From an uncultured Acetobacteraceae bacterium (lineage in GTDB: Bacteria > Pseudomonadota > Alphaproteobacteria > Acetobacterales > Acetobacteraceae), in the NCBI GenBank assembly GCA_964235765.1, contig CAXSDH010000023.1, positions 14,306 to 38,305 on the forward strand: a stretch of 24,000 bases of DNA, written 5' to 3'. Of this stretch, positions 6,491 through 14,938 are shown one piece after another. The notes under the pieces were generated by a model that was not told the origin of the DNA, did no database searches, and saw nothing but the letters and a program-made list of their open reading frames with translations. A program made the translations under genes and the position numbers. Every line of letters begins with the position of its first letter. Within the stretch, counting starts at the first letter, position 1.

Positions 6491-7906
6491 ATGCCGCGCA
6501 CCATGTTCGAGAAGGTCTGGGACAGCCACCTGGTTGCGCGCCGCGCCGACGGGCGCGCCCTGGTCTATGTCGATCGGCACGTCATCCACGACCTGCACGC
6601 GCCGCACGCGTTCCGGCATCTCGAAGCCACCGGCCGCACCGTGCGGCGGCCCGACCTCACCGTCGCCGTCGTCGACCACATGGTCTCCACCGCCGCCGGC
6701 CGGGACCGGAGCACCAACCCGGCCGCCCTGCCGTTCATCGAGCAGATCGAGGCCGGCACCAAGCGCCACGGCATCCGCCTCTTCGGCCTCGACGACCCGG
6801 CGCAAGGCATCGTCCACGTCGTCGCGCCCGAACTCGGCATCGCCCTGCCCGGCGCAACCCTGGCCTGCCCCGACAGCCACGTCTGCACCGTCGGCGCGCT
6901 GGGGACCGTGGGGTTCGCGACCGGAACCACCGAAGTCAGCCATGTGCTCGCGACGCAGACCCTGGCGATCAAGAAGCCCAAGCAGATGCGCGTCACGCTC
7001 GACGGCGCGCTTCGCCCCGGGGTCACGGCCAAGGACGTGATCCTGTTCCTGATCGGCAGGCTGGGCTCCGACGCGGCGCGCGGCCAGGCGGTGGAATACG
7101 CCGGCGCGGTCGTCGCCGCCATGCCGGTCGAGGCGCGCATGACCCTGTGCAACATGACGACCGAACTCGGCGGCCGCACCGCGGTCATCGCGCCGGACGA
7201 AAGCGTCGCCGCCTGGCTCGAAGCCCGCCGCTACGCGCCCACCGGGTCCGCCTGGGATGCCGCGGTCCAGAGCTGGCGCGGCCTGCGCACCGACCCCGGC
7301 GCGCTGTTCGACATCGACGTCGTCGTGCCGTGCAGCGAACTGGAGCCGCAGGTCACCTGGGGCACCGACCCCAGCCACGTGACCGCGGTGGGCGGCCGCG
7401 TGCCGGAGATGCCGGCGGAAGCCGGCCCGCGGGGCGCCATGGAACGGGCGGCCATGGAACGGGCGGCCGACTACATGGGGCTGCCGCCAGGGACCTCTCT
7501 GGCGGACGTCACGATCGACCGGGTGTTCATCGGCTCCTGCACCAACGGCCGCCTGTCCGATCTGCGCGCCGCGGCACGGCTGGTGGCGGGGCGGCACGTC
7601 GCCCACGGCGTGCGCGCCGCGGTGGTGCCCGGCTCGAGCGCGGTCAAGCGCGCGGCGGAGGCGGAGGGCCTGGCGGACATCTTCCTCCAGGCCGGCTTCG
7701 AGTGGCGGGAATCCGGGTGTTCGATGTGCGCCGGGCTGAACGGCGAGGACGGCAAGCCCGGCGAGCGCGTCGTGTCCACCACCAACCGAAACTTCGCCGG
7801 CCGGCAAGGCGCCGGGGTGCGGACCCATCTGGCGAGCCCGGAGACCGCGGCGGCAGCGGCCGTGACCGGGCGCTTCACCGATCCGCGCACGCTGGTTCCC
7901 GCCTGA
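6491..7906 (+). CDS. leuC: 3-isopropylmalate dehydratase large-subunit family protein (LeuC-like, aconitase superfamily); probably a paralog with altered substrate-site motifs
   Basis: 471 aa, and as I recall E. coli LeuC it aligns end to end (MFEKVWDSHLV, YVDRH, EVSHVLATQTL, RMTLCNM, PQVTWGT). The Fe-S ligand motifs IGSCTNG and GCSMC are retained, as is STTNRNFAGRQG and the HLASPETAAAAAVTG ending. Confidence 0.9.
   Translation: MPRTMFEKVWDSHLVARRADGRALVYVDRHVIHDLHAPHAFRHLEATGRTVRRPDLTVAVVDHMVSTAAGRDRSTNPAALPFIEQIEAGTKRHGIRLFGLDDPAQGIVHVVAPELGIALPGATLACPDSHVCTVGALGTVGFATGTTEVSHVLATQTLAIKKPKQMRVTLDGALRPGVTAKDVILFLIGRLGSDAARGQAVEYAGAVVAAMPVEARMTLCNMTTELGGRTAVIAPDESVAAWLEARRYAPTGSAWDAAVQSWRGLRTDPGALFDIDVVVPCSELEPQVTWGTDPSHVTAVGGRVPEMPAEAGPRGAMERAAMERAADYMGLPPGTSLADVTIDRVFIGSCTNGRLSDLRAAARLVAGRHVAHGVRAAVVPGSSAVKRAAEAEGLADIFLQAGFEWRESGCSMCAGLNGEDGKPGERVVSTTNRNFAGRQGAGVRTHLASPETAAAAAVTGRFTDPRTLVPA
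7436..7465 (+). repeat. Perfect 15-bp tandem duplication (gccatggaacgggcg x2), in frame in the leuC-like gene (AMERA-AMERA)
   Basis: Read directly: 7436-7450 equals 7451-7465. Confidence 0.95.
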
Positions 7907-8511
7907 TGCGCCCGTTCCAGGCCGTCACCGGCCGGGTCGCCCTGCTGGACCGGGACGACGTGGACAGCGATCAAATCCTGCCCGGGGCCTGGATGCGCGG
8001 CATCAGCCCGGATTTCGCGGCCGGATTCTTCGGGCTGTGGCGGCGCGACCCGGCCTTCGTGCTGAACCGGCCGGAACTGCAAGGCGCTCCCATCCTGATG
8101 GCCGGCCGCAACTTCGGCTGCGGCAGCACGCGGGAGCACGCCGTGTGGGCCGTCGCCGCCTACGGCATCCGGGTGCTGCTGGCCGCCAGCTTCGCCGAGG
8201 TGTTCCGCGAGAACTGCCTCAAGAACGGCATCCTCGCCTTGCCGCTGCCCGAAGCGGCGCTGCAAGCCGTGCGGGAGGCCCAGTCCCGCGGCGCCCTGAC
8301 CATCGACCTGGCCGCGCAACGGATCACCGGACCGAACGGCTTCGCCCTCGCCTTCGACATCGCCGCAGCGGAGCGCACCGCGTTGCTGGAGGGGCTGGAC
8401 GACATCGGCATGTCGCTGAAATACACCGAAGCGATCCAGGCGTTCGAGCTGCGCGAGCGCGGCGCCCACCCCTGGTTGCAGTCGATGCAGGAACGGCCGG
8501 CCTCACGCTGA
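7906..8511 (+). CDS. leuD: 3-isopropylmalate dehydratase small-subunit family protein (LeuD-like)
   Basis: This is the last 201 codons of track ORF 6451..8511. The ATG at 7906 overlaps the leuC-like TGA by 1 nt (TGATG). Motifs: DVDSDQILPG, MAGRNFGCGSTREHAVWA, ASFAEVFRENCLKNGIL. Confidence 0.88.
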   Translation: MRPFQAVTGRVALLDRDDVDSDQILPGAWMRGISPDFAAGFFGLWRRDPAFVLNRPELQGAPILMAGRNFGCGSTREHAVWAVAAYGIRVLLAASFAEVFRENCLKNGILALPLPEAALQAVREAQSRGALTIDLAAQRITGPNGFALAFDIAAAERTALLEGLDDIGMSLKYTEAIQAFELRERGAHPWLQSMQERPASR

Positions 8512-8537
8512 GCCCAAAGTTTAAGGAAGCTGTCGCC

Positions 8538-9431
8538 ATGAGCCCAGGCAAGCGCCTGAAGAACCTGATCGCCCGTCCGGACATCCTGGTCATGCCCGGC
8601 GCCTACGACGCGCTCTCGGCCCGCCTGGTCCAGGCGCATGGCTTCGAGGCCGCGTTCGGCGGCGGCTCCGCGGCCACCTCCAGCCTGCTGGGCGAAGCGG
8701 ATTCCGGCCAGCTCAGCATGCGCGACTACGCCGACCACTACGCCCGGCTGGCGCGGGCGATCGACATCCCGGTCCTCGTCGACGCCGATACCGGCTTCGG
8801 CGGAGTCCACAACGTGCAGCACATGGTGCGCGCCTTCGAGCGGGGCGGCGCGGCGGGCCTGTTCATCGAGGACCAGGTGTTCCCGAAGCGCTGCGGCTAC
8901 TTCGCCGGCAAGGCGGTGGTGCCGATGGCGGACATGGTCGCGAAGCTGAAGGCGGCCCTCGACGCCCGGCAGGACCCGGACTTCATCATCTGCGCCCGTA
9001 CCGACGTGCTGGGCCTGGAAGGCGAGGACGCCGCGATCGAGCGCGCCCAGCGCTTCCTGGAAGCCGGGGTGGACATGACCTTCGTGCAGGGCGCGGACAC
9101 CGCGCAGTCGCTCGCGCGGGTCTGCCGCGAAGTCGCCTGCCCGCAGCTCGCCAACGTGTCCCAGGCCAGCAGCGCCGTGCCGCTGAGCGTGGCCGAGATC
9201 GGGCAAGCCGGGGCGGCGGCGGTGATCTTCCCGGTGGCGACGCTGCGCGCGGCGATCCGGGCAGCCGACGACGTGCTCGCGGCGCTGCGGCGGGACGGCT
9301 CCATCGCCGCCGTGCAGGAACGGCTGATGAGCTCGCCCGACTTCAACGCCCTGTGCGGCCTGGAAGCGCTGCAATCGCGCGAGGACACGTTCATCCGCCA
9401 GGCCCAAGCCCTCGTCGGCAGCACTTCGTAG
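8538..9431 (+). CDS. Isocitrate lyase / PEP mutase superfamily enzyme (methylisocitrate-lyase / dimethylmalate-lyase / oxaloacetate-decarboxylase-like)
   Basis: Internal ATG at 8538 in ORF 8037..9431, with AAGGAAG 8 nt upstream. Motifs: LVMPGAYDALSARL, PVLVDADTGFGG, GLFIEDQVFPKRCGY, FIICARTD. It lies 26 nt after the leuD-like stop. Confidence 0.85.
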   Translation: MSPGKRLKNLIARPDILVMPGAYDALSARLVQAHGFEAAFGGGSAATSSLLGEADSGQLSMRDYADHYARLARAIDIPVLVDADTGFGGVHNVQHMVRAFERGGAAGLFIEDQVFPKRCGYFAGKAVVPMADMVAKLKAALDARQDPDFIICARTDVLGLEGEDAAIERAQRFLEAGVDMTFVQGADTAQSLARVCREVACPQLANVSQASSAVPLSVAEIGQAGAAAVIFPVATLRAAIRAADDVLAALRRDGSIAAVQERLMSSPDFNALCGLEALQSREDTFIRQAQALVGSTS

Positions 9432-9466
9432 GCCGGCCTGACCCCAACGAAGCCGGGCCCCGATCG

Positions 9467-10282
9467 ATGCGCATCCTCTTCCTCGGCGACGTGGTCGGCC
9501 GCTCCGGCCGGGACGCGGTGGTCGCCGCCCTGCCAGGCCTGCGCGCCGGCCTGCGCGCCGAACTGGTCGTCGTCAACGGCGAGAACGCCAGCCACGGTTT
9601 CGGCCTCGCGCCCGACATGGCCCAGGCCATCCTGCGGGCGGGCGCGGACGTGATCACGCTCGGCAACCATTCATGGGACCGCAAGGAGCTGATCCCCTTC
9701 ATCGCGCAGGAGCCGCGCGTGGTGCGGCCGCTGAACTACCCGCCGGGCACGCCGGGCGCCGGATCGTACGTGGTCGTGCTGGCCGATGGCCGCCGCGCGC
9801 TGGTGCTGAACGCCATGGGGCGGCTGTTCATGGACCCGCTGGACTGCCCGTTCCGCGGCACCGCCGAGCTGCTGGCGCGCTACAAGCTCGGCGCCAGCGT
9901 GGCCGCCGTCGTGGCCGACTTCCACACCGAGGCGACCAGCGAAAAGATGGCCTACGCCCACTCCTTCGACGGTTCCGTCTCCCTCGTGGTCGGCACCCAC
10001 ACCCACTGCCCCTCCGCCGACCACCAAATCCTGCCCGGCGGCACCGCTTTCCAGTCCGACGCCGGCATGTGCGGCGACTACGACAGCGTGATCGGCATGG
10101 CCAAGCAGGGCGCCGCCGCCCGCTTCTGGCACAAGATGCCCGGCGAGCGCCTGCACCCGGCCGATGGCGAGGCCACCCTATGCGGCCTGTTCGTGGTAAC
10201 CGACGACATGACGGGGCTCGCCCTTACCGTGGAGCCCCTACGCCAAGGCGGCCGGCTGTCGCAGGCCCACCCCATCGGCTGA
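9467..10282 (+). CDS. ymdB: YmdB-family (TIGR00282-type) metallophosphoesterase
   Basis: Internal ATG at 9467 in ORF 9353..10282. Reads MRILFLGDVVGRSGR, VVVNGENASHGFG, ITLGNHSWD, DFHTEATSEK, VVGTHTHCPSAD, which are calcineurin-like metal-binding motifs in the YmdB arrangement. Confidence 0.85.
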   Translation: MRILFLGDVVGRSGRDAVVAALPGLRAGLRAELVVVNGENASHGFGLAPDMAQAILRAGADVITLGNHSWDRKELIPFIAQEPRVVRPLNYPPGTPGAGSYVVVLADGRRALVLNAMGRLFMDPLDCPFRGTAELLARYKLGASVAAVVADFHTEATSEKMAYAHSFDGSVSLVVGTHTHCPSADHQILPGGTAFQSDAGMCGDYDSVIGMAKQGAAARFWHKMPGERLHPADGEATLCGLFVVTDDMTGLALTVEPLRQGGRLSQAHPIG

Positions 10283-10361
10283 CCGCGCCGGGCCGGAGTG
10301 GTGCGGCAAGCCCCGCGGCTGCTAGAAGCAGCGACCCGCAACAGAATCGAGATCGACGGCG

Positions 10362-11111
10362 ATGGCCGGCCATAGCCAGTTCAAGAACATCATGCACCGC
10401 AAGGGCGCGCAGGACGCCAAGCGCGCGCGGCAGTTCGCCAAGCTGATCCGGGAAATCACCGTATCCGCCCGGCAAGGTTTGCCGGACCCGGCCTTCAACC
10501 CGCGCCTCCGCGCCGCCATGGCCGCGGCGCGGGAGGCGAACATGCCGCGCGACACCATCGAGCGCGCCGTCAAGAAGGCCACCAGCGCCGGCGGCGGCGA
10601 GGACTACGCCGAAGTCCGCTATGAAGGCTACGGCCCGGCCGGCGTGGCCGTGATCGTGGAAGCCCTCACCGACAACCGCAACCGCACCGCCTCCGACGTG
10701 CGGGCCGCCTTCAACAAGCATGGCGGCGCCCTGGGCGAAACCAATTCCGTCAGCTTCATGTTCGCGCGCATCGGCGCCATCGCCTACCCCGCCCCGGCCG
10801 CGACGGCCGACGCGATGCTCGAAGCCGCGATCGAGGCCGGGGCGGACGACGCCGCCAGCAGCCGGGACGGCCACGAGGTGACCTGCGCGGTCGAGGACTT
10901 CTTCGCGGTGCGGGACGCCCTCGAAGCCCGGTTCGGGCCGCCCGCTGCCGCCCGGCTGGAATGGCGCCCCTCCACGTCCGTCACGCTCGACGAGGAGCGC
11001 GCGGCCGGGCTGCTCAAGCTGGTCGATGCGCTCGAGGACAATGACGACGTGCAGAACGTCTACGCCAACTTCGACATCCCGGACGCCGTCCTGCAACGGC
11101 TGTCGGCGTAA
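10362..11111 (+). CDS. yebC: YebC/PmpR family DNA-binding transcriptional regulator
   Basis: [32 protein letters not shown] is the hallmark YebC N-terminus. 249 aa, with the canonical position upstream of ruvC. Confidence 0.95.
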   Translation: MAGHSQFKNIMHRKGAQDAKRARQFAKLIREITVSARQGLPDPAFNPRLRAAMAAAREANMPRDTIERAVKKATSAGGGEDYAEVRYEGYGPAGVAVIVEALTDNRNRTASDVRAAFNKHGGALGETNSVSFMFARIGAIAYPAPAATADAMLEAAIEAGADDAASSRDGHEVTCAVEDFFAVRDALEARFGPPAAARLEWRPSTSVTLDEERAAGLLKLVDALEDNDDVQNVYANFDIPDAVLQRLSA

Positions 11112-11115
11112 CCGC

Positions 11116-11622
11116 ATGGCCCGGCTGATGGGCATCGACCCTGGGCTGCGCTTCACCGGCTGGGGCGTCATCGACGTGCACGGCAACCGTCTGCGCCACG
11201 TGGCGGACGGGGTGATCGCCACCGACAACACGCAGAGCGTGCCGCACCGGCTCAAGGCGCTGCACGAAGCGCTCACCCTGCTGTTCCAATTGCACCGGCC
11301 AGACGAGGCGGCGGTCGAGGAAACCTACGTGAACCGCAACGGCGCCGCCACCCTCAAGCTGGGCTACGCGCGGGGCGTCGCCCTGCTGGCGCCGGCCATG
11401 GCGGGGATCACGGTGGCCGAATACGGCGCGATGGAGGTCAAGCGGGCCGTCGTCGGCACCGGCGCGGCAGCCAAGGAGCAGGTCGCCATGATGGTGCGCC
11501 GCCTGCTGCCGGGCGCCACGCTGCACCGGGCCGACGCCTCCGACGCGCTCGCGGTCGCCATCTGCCACGCGCACCACCGCTCCACCCGGCTGCGCGTCGC
11601 CGCCGGCACGGTGATGGCGTGA
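11116..11622 (+). CDS. ruvC: Crossover junction endodeoxyribonuclease RuvC
   Basis: Internal ATG at 11116 in ORF 11026..11622. Reads MARLMGIDPGLRFTGWGVI, EETYVNRN, and ADASDALAVAICHAHH (the catalytic acidic residues). Confidence 0.92.
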   Translation: MARLMGIDPGLRFTGWGVIDVHGNRLRHVADGVIATDNTQSVPHRLKALHEALTLLFQLHRPDEAAVEETYVNRNGAATLKLGYARGVALLAPAMAGITVAEYGAMEVKRAVVGTGAAAKEQVAMMVRRLLPGATLHRADASDALAVAICHAHHRSTRLRVAAGTVMA

Positions 11623-12218
11623 TCGCGCTGTTGACCGGCCGGCTCGACTCCCTCGAGGCCGACCGCTGCGTCATCGACGTGAACGGCGTGGGCTACCTGG
11701 TCCAGGCCAGCACCCGCACCCTGGCCGCCATCCCCCCGCCGCCCGCAATCGCACGGGTGCTGGTGGAAACCCAGGTGCGCGAGGACGCGATCACCCTCTA
11801 CGGCTTCGCCGAGCCCTCGGAGCGCGACTGGTTCCGCCTGTTGCTGACCGTCCAAGGCGTCGGCGCCAAGGTCGCCTTGAACCTGCTCTCCGCCCTCTCG
11901 CCCGCCGACCTCGTCAACGCCATCGCCGCCGGGGACCGGGCAAGCCTGACCCGGGCGGCCGGCGTCGGCGCCAAGCTGGCCATCCGGCTGCTGAGCGAAC
12001 TGCGCGACAAGGCCGGCGCCATGCCCAGCGGCCCCGGCCTGCCCGCCCCCGCGCCGCTCGGCGGAATCGAGGCCGATACCCTCTCCGCCCTGGCCAACCT
12101 GGGATACCGGCGTGGCGAGGCCTACCCCGTGGTGAGGGCGATCATCGCCCGGTTGCCCGAAGGCGCCGGGGTTGATCAAGTGATCCGCGAAAGCCTAAAA
12201 GAGTTGGCAATCAAATGA
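11619..12218 (+). CDS. ruvA: Holliday junction branch migration complex subunit RuvA
   Basis: The GTG start overlaps the ruvC stop (GTGA). Reads [37 protein letters not shown], and the HhH motif [11 protein letters not shown]. Confidence 0.93.
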   Translation: MIALLTGRLDSLEADRCVIDVNGVGYLVQASTRTLAAIPPPPAIARVLVETQVREDAITLYGFAEPSERDWFRLLLTVQGVGAKVALNLLSALSPADLVNAIAAGDRASLTRAAGVGAKLAIRLLSELRDKAGAMPSGPGLPAPAPLGGIEADTLSALANLGYRRGEAYPVVRAIIARLPEGAGVDQVIRESLKELAIK

Positions 12219-13246
12219 ATGACAGGCCAATCTCATCCGGAAGGTTAGAAGACGACGCCGGCGAGGCCAGCCTCCGCCCGCAGACGCTTGCCGAGTTCAT
12301 CGGCCAGAAAGCCAGCCGCGAAAACCTCGGAATCTTCATCCAGGCCGCCCGCGGCCGGGGCGAGGCGCTGGACCACGTGCTGCTGCACGGCCCCCCCGGC
12401 CTGGGCAAGACCACCTTGGCGCAGATCGTCGCCCGCGAGTTGGGCGTGGGCTTCCGTGCCACCTCCGGCCCGGTGATCCAGCGCGCCGGCGACCTCGCGG
12501 CCATCCTGACCAACCTGCAACCCCGCGACGTGCTGTTCATCGACGAGATCCACCGCCTGCAGCCCGCCATCGAGGAGGTGCTGTACCCCGCGATGGAGGA
12601 TTTCCAGCTCGACCTCATCATCGGCGAGGGCCCGGCCGCCCGCAGCGTCCGCATCGACCTCTCGGCCTTCACCCTCGTCGGCGCAACCACCCGCGCCGGG
12701 CTGCTGGCGACGCCCCTGCGGGACAGGTTCGGCATCCCGCTGCGCCTCGTGTTCTACACCCCCGAGGAGCTGGAGCTGATCGTGGCGCGCGGGGCGGAGA
12801 AGCTGGGCTTCTCCCTGACCAGGGACGGCGCCATCGAAATCGCCCGCCGCTCCCGCGGCACGCCCCGCATCGCCGGCCGCCTGCTGCGCCGGGTGCGGGA
12901 CTTCGCCGCCGTGGACGGCCAAGCCGTGGTGGACCGCCAAATCGCCGACGCGGCGCTGACCCGGCTCGAAGTGGACCGGCTGGGCCTGGACGGCATGGAC
13001 CGCCGGTACCTCCGCCGCATCGCCGACCACCACCAGGGCGGCCCGGTGGGCGTGGAGACGCTGGCCGCAGCCCTCGCCGAAGCCCGCGACACGCTGGAAG
13101 ACGTGATCGAGCCCTACCTGATCCAGGAGGGCCTGATCCTGCGCACCAGCCGCGGCCGCATGCTGGGCGAGGCGGGATGGCGCCATATCGGCCTGGCGCC
13201 GCCGCGCTTGCAGCCGCAACTCGATCTGCTGCCGGATGCGGAATGA
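12215..13246 (+). CDS. ruvB: Holliday junction branch migration DNA helicase RuvB
   Basis: ATGA overlap with ruvA. Reads [12 protein letters not shown], Walker [12 protein letters not shown], Walker [11 protein letters not shown], and [16 protein letters not shown]. Confidence 0.96.
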   Translation: MNDRPISSGRLEDDAGEASLRPQTLAEFIGQKASRENLGIFIQAARGRGEALDHVLLHGPPGLGKTTLAQIVARELGVGFRATSGPVIQRAGDLAAILTNLQPRDVLFIDEIHRLQPAIEEVLYPAMEDFQLDLIIGEGPAARSVRIDLSAFTLVGATTRAGLLATPLRDRFGIPLRLVFYTPEELELIVARGAEKLGFSLTRDGAIEIARRSRGTPRIAGRLLRRVRDFAAVDGQAVVDRQIADAALTRLEVDRLGLDGMDRRYLRRIADHHQGGPVGVETLAAALAEARDTLEDVIEPYLIQEGLILRTSRGRMLGEAGWRHIGLAPPRLQPQLDLLPDAE

Positions 13247-13640
13247 GAATCTACTGCCTGAAATTGCGGGTTTACTACGAAGACACCGACGCCGGCGGCA
13301 TCGTGTACCACGCTCGTTACTTGGCCTTCGCCGAGCGGGCGCGCACTGAAGCCTTGCGTGAGGCCGGCGTCCCTCATGTCGAACTTGTCACGCAATTTGG
13401 CCTTATCTTTGTGGTGCATCGTCTCGAAATGGATTATCTGCGCCCCGTCCGGCTGGATGCGGAATTGATTGTGCAAACCGGCCCATGGGCGCTAGGAGCC
13501 GCGACCGTAGAAGTCCGGCAAGGGTTCGCGGTTGGGGAAGAGGCGACCGGGCGGCTGCTGGTGACGCTCGCTTGCGTGCGGCAGGGCGACGGACGCCCGG
13601 CAAGGATTCCGGCCCGCTGGCGTGATGCGCTGGGCGGCTA

Positions 13641-13641
<1 letters not shown>
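13243..13641 (+). CDS. ybgC: Tol-Pal-associated acyl-CoA thioesterase YbgC (4HBT fold)
   Basis: Internal ATG at 13243 with an ATGA overlap onto the ruvB stop. [31 protein letters not shown] is the YbgC/4HBT signature, and the gene sits directly upstream of tolQ. Confidence 0.88.
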
Positions 13642-14369
<728 letters not shown>

Positions 14370-14371
14370 CC

Positions 14372-14875
14372 ATGGCCGCGCCGATGCAGGGCAGGGGCCG
14401 CAACCGCTACCGGCCGCTCGCCGAGATCAACGTGACGCCGCTGGTCGACGTCATGCTGGTGCTGCTGATCGTGTTCATGGTGGCCGCCCCGCTGATGACC
14501 TCGGGCGTGAACGTGGACCTGCCCAAGGCCAGCGCCGCGCCGCTGAGCCAGGATAGCGAGCCGCTGACCGTCTCGGTGAACGCCGAGGGCAAGATCTACC
14601 TGCAGGAAACGGAGCTGCTGCTGCCGGATCTCGCGGGCAAGCTGGGCGCCATCGCGGAGGGTAAGCTGGACCGCCGCATCTTCGTGCGCGGCGACAAGGG
14701 CCTGACCTACGGCCGCATCATGGAGGTGATGGCAACCATCACCCAGGGCGGCTTCACCAAGGTGGCCCTGCTCGCCGAGCAGGCAGGCGCCCCGGCGCCG
14801 GCGGCCCGCACGCCCGCTGCTCCCGCCCCGGCCGCCTCCGCTCCCGCGGCGCAGCGGCGCCAGGGGCGCGGCTAG
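14372..14875 (+). CDS. tolR: Tol-Pal system protein TolR (ExbD/TolR family)
   Basis: Internal ATG at 14372 in ORF 13952..14875, with GAGGAGAGG upstream. Reads [28 protein letters not shown] and [20 protein letters not shown]. Confidence 0.92.
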   Translation: MAAPMQGRGRNRYRPLAEINVTPLVDVMLVLLIVFMVAAPLMTSGVNVDLPKASAAPLSQDSEPLTVSVNAEGKIYLQETELLLPDLAGKLGAIAEGKLDRRIFVRGDKGLTYGRIMEVMATITQGGFTKVALLAEQAGAPAPAARTPAAPAPAASAPAAQRRQGRG

Positions 14876-14896
14876 GCCACGAGCTGCCGACCGCGC

Positions 14897-14938
14897 CCAT
14901 GACAACTGCGCCATGACAACTGCGCCATGACACCAGCG
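14897..14938 (+). repeat. Tandem triplication of a 14-bp unit (ccatgacaactgcg, ccatgacaactgcg, ccatgacaccagcg), each carrying an ATG; the third ATG is the tolA start
   Basis: Read directly. The ATGs are at 14899, 14913 and 14927. The first two open identical 5-codon ORFs (MTTAP-stop), and each TGA overlaps the next ATG (ATGA). Confidence 0.9.

Noticed and set aside
6341-7828. A 495-aa minus-strand ORF antisense to the leuC-like gene. The same applies to 8160-9407, 12245-13219, 14366-15406, 15967-17343 and 19678-21651.
   Set aside because: All are Arg/Gly/Ala/Pro-rich with no family motifs. Each lies opposite a gene with unambiguous conserved motifs (LeuC, PEPM-family, RuvB, TolR/TolA, TolB, FtsH). 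These are GC-bias artefacts.
6451-8511. A 686-aa + strand ORF in the track
   Set aside because: Only its last 201 codons (from ATG 7906) look like a real protein (LeuD-like). The upstream part is an out-of-frame read through the leuC-like gene with Arg/Pro-rich nonsense composition.
13114-13476. A 120-aa minus-strand ORF in a locally lower-GC stretch ([32 protein letters not shown])
   Set aside because: It is antisense to ybgC, whose + strand frame carries the clear 4HBT/YbgC signature ([17 protein letters not shown]) and is translationally coupled to ruvB and tolQ.
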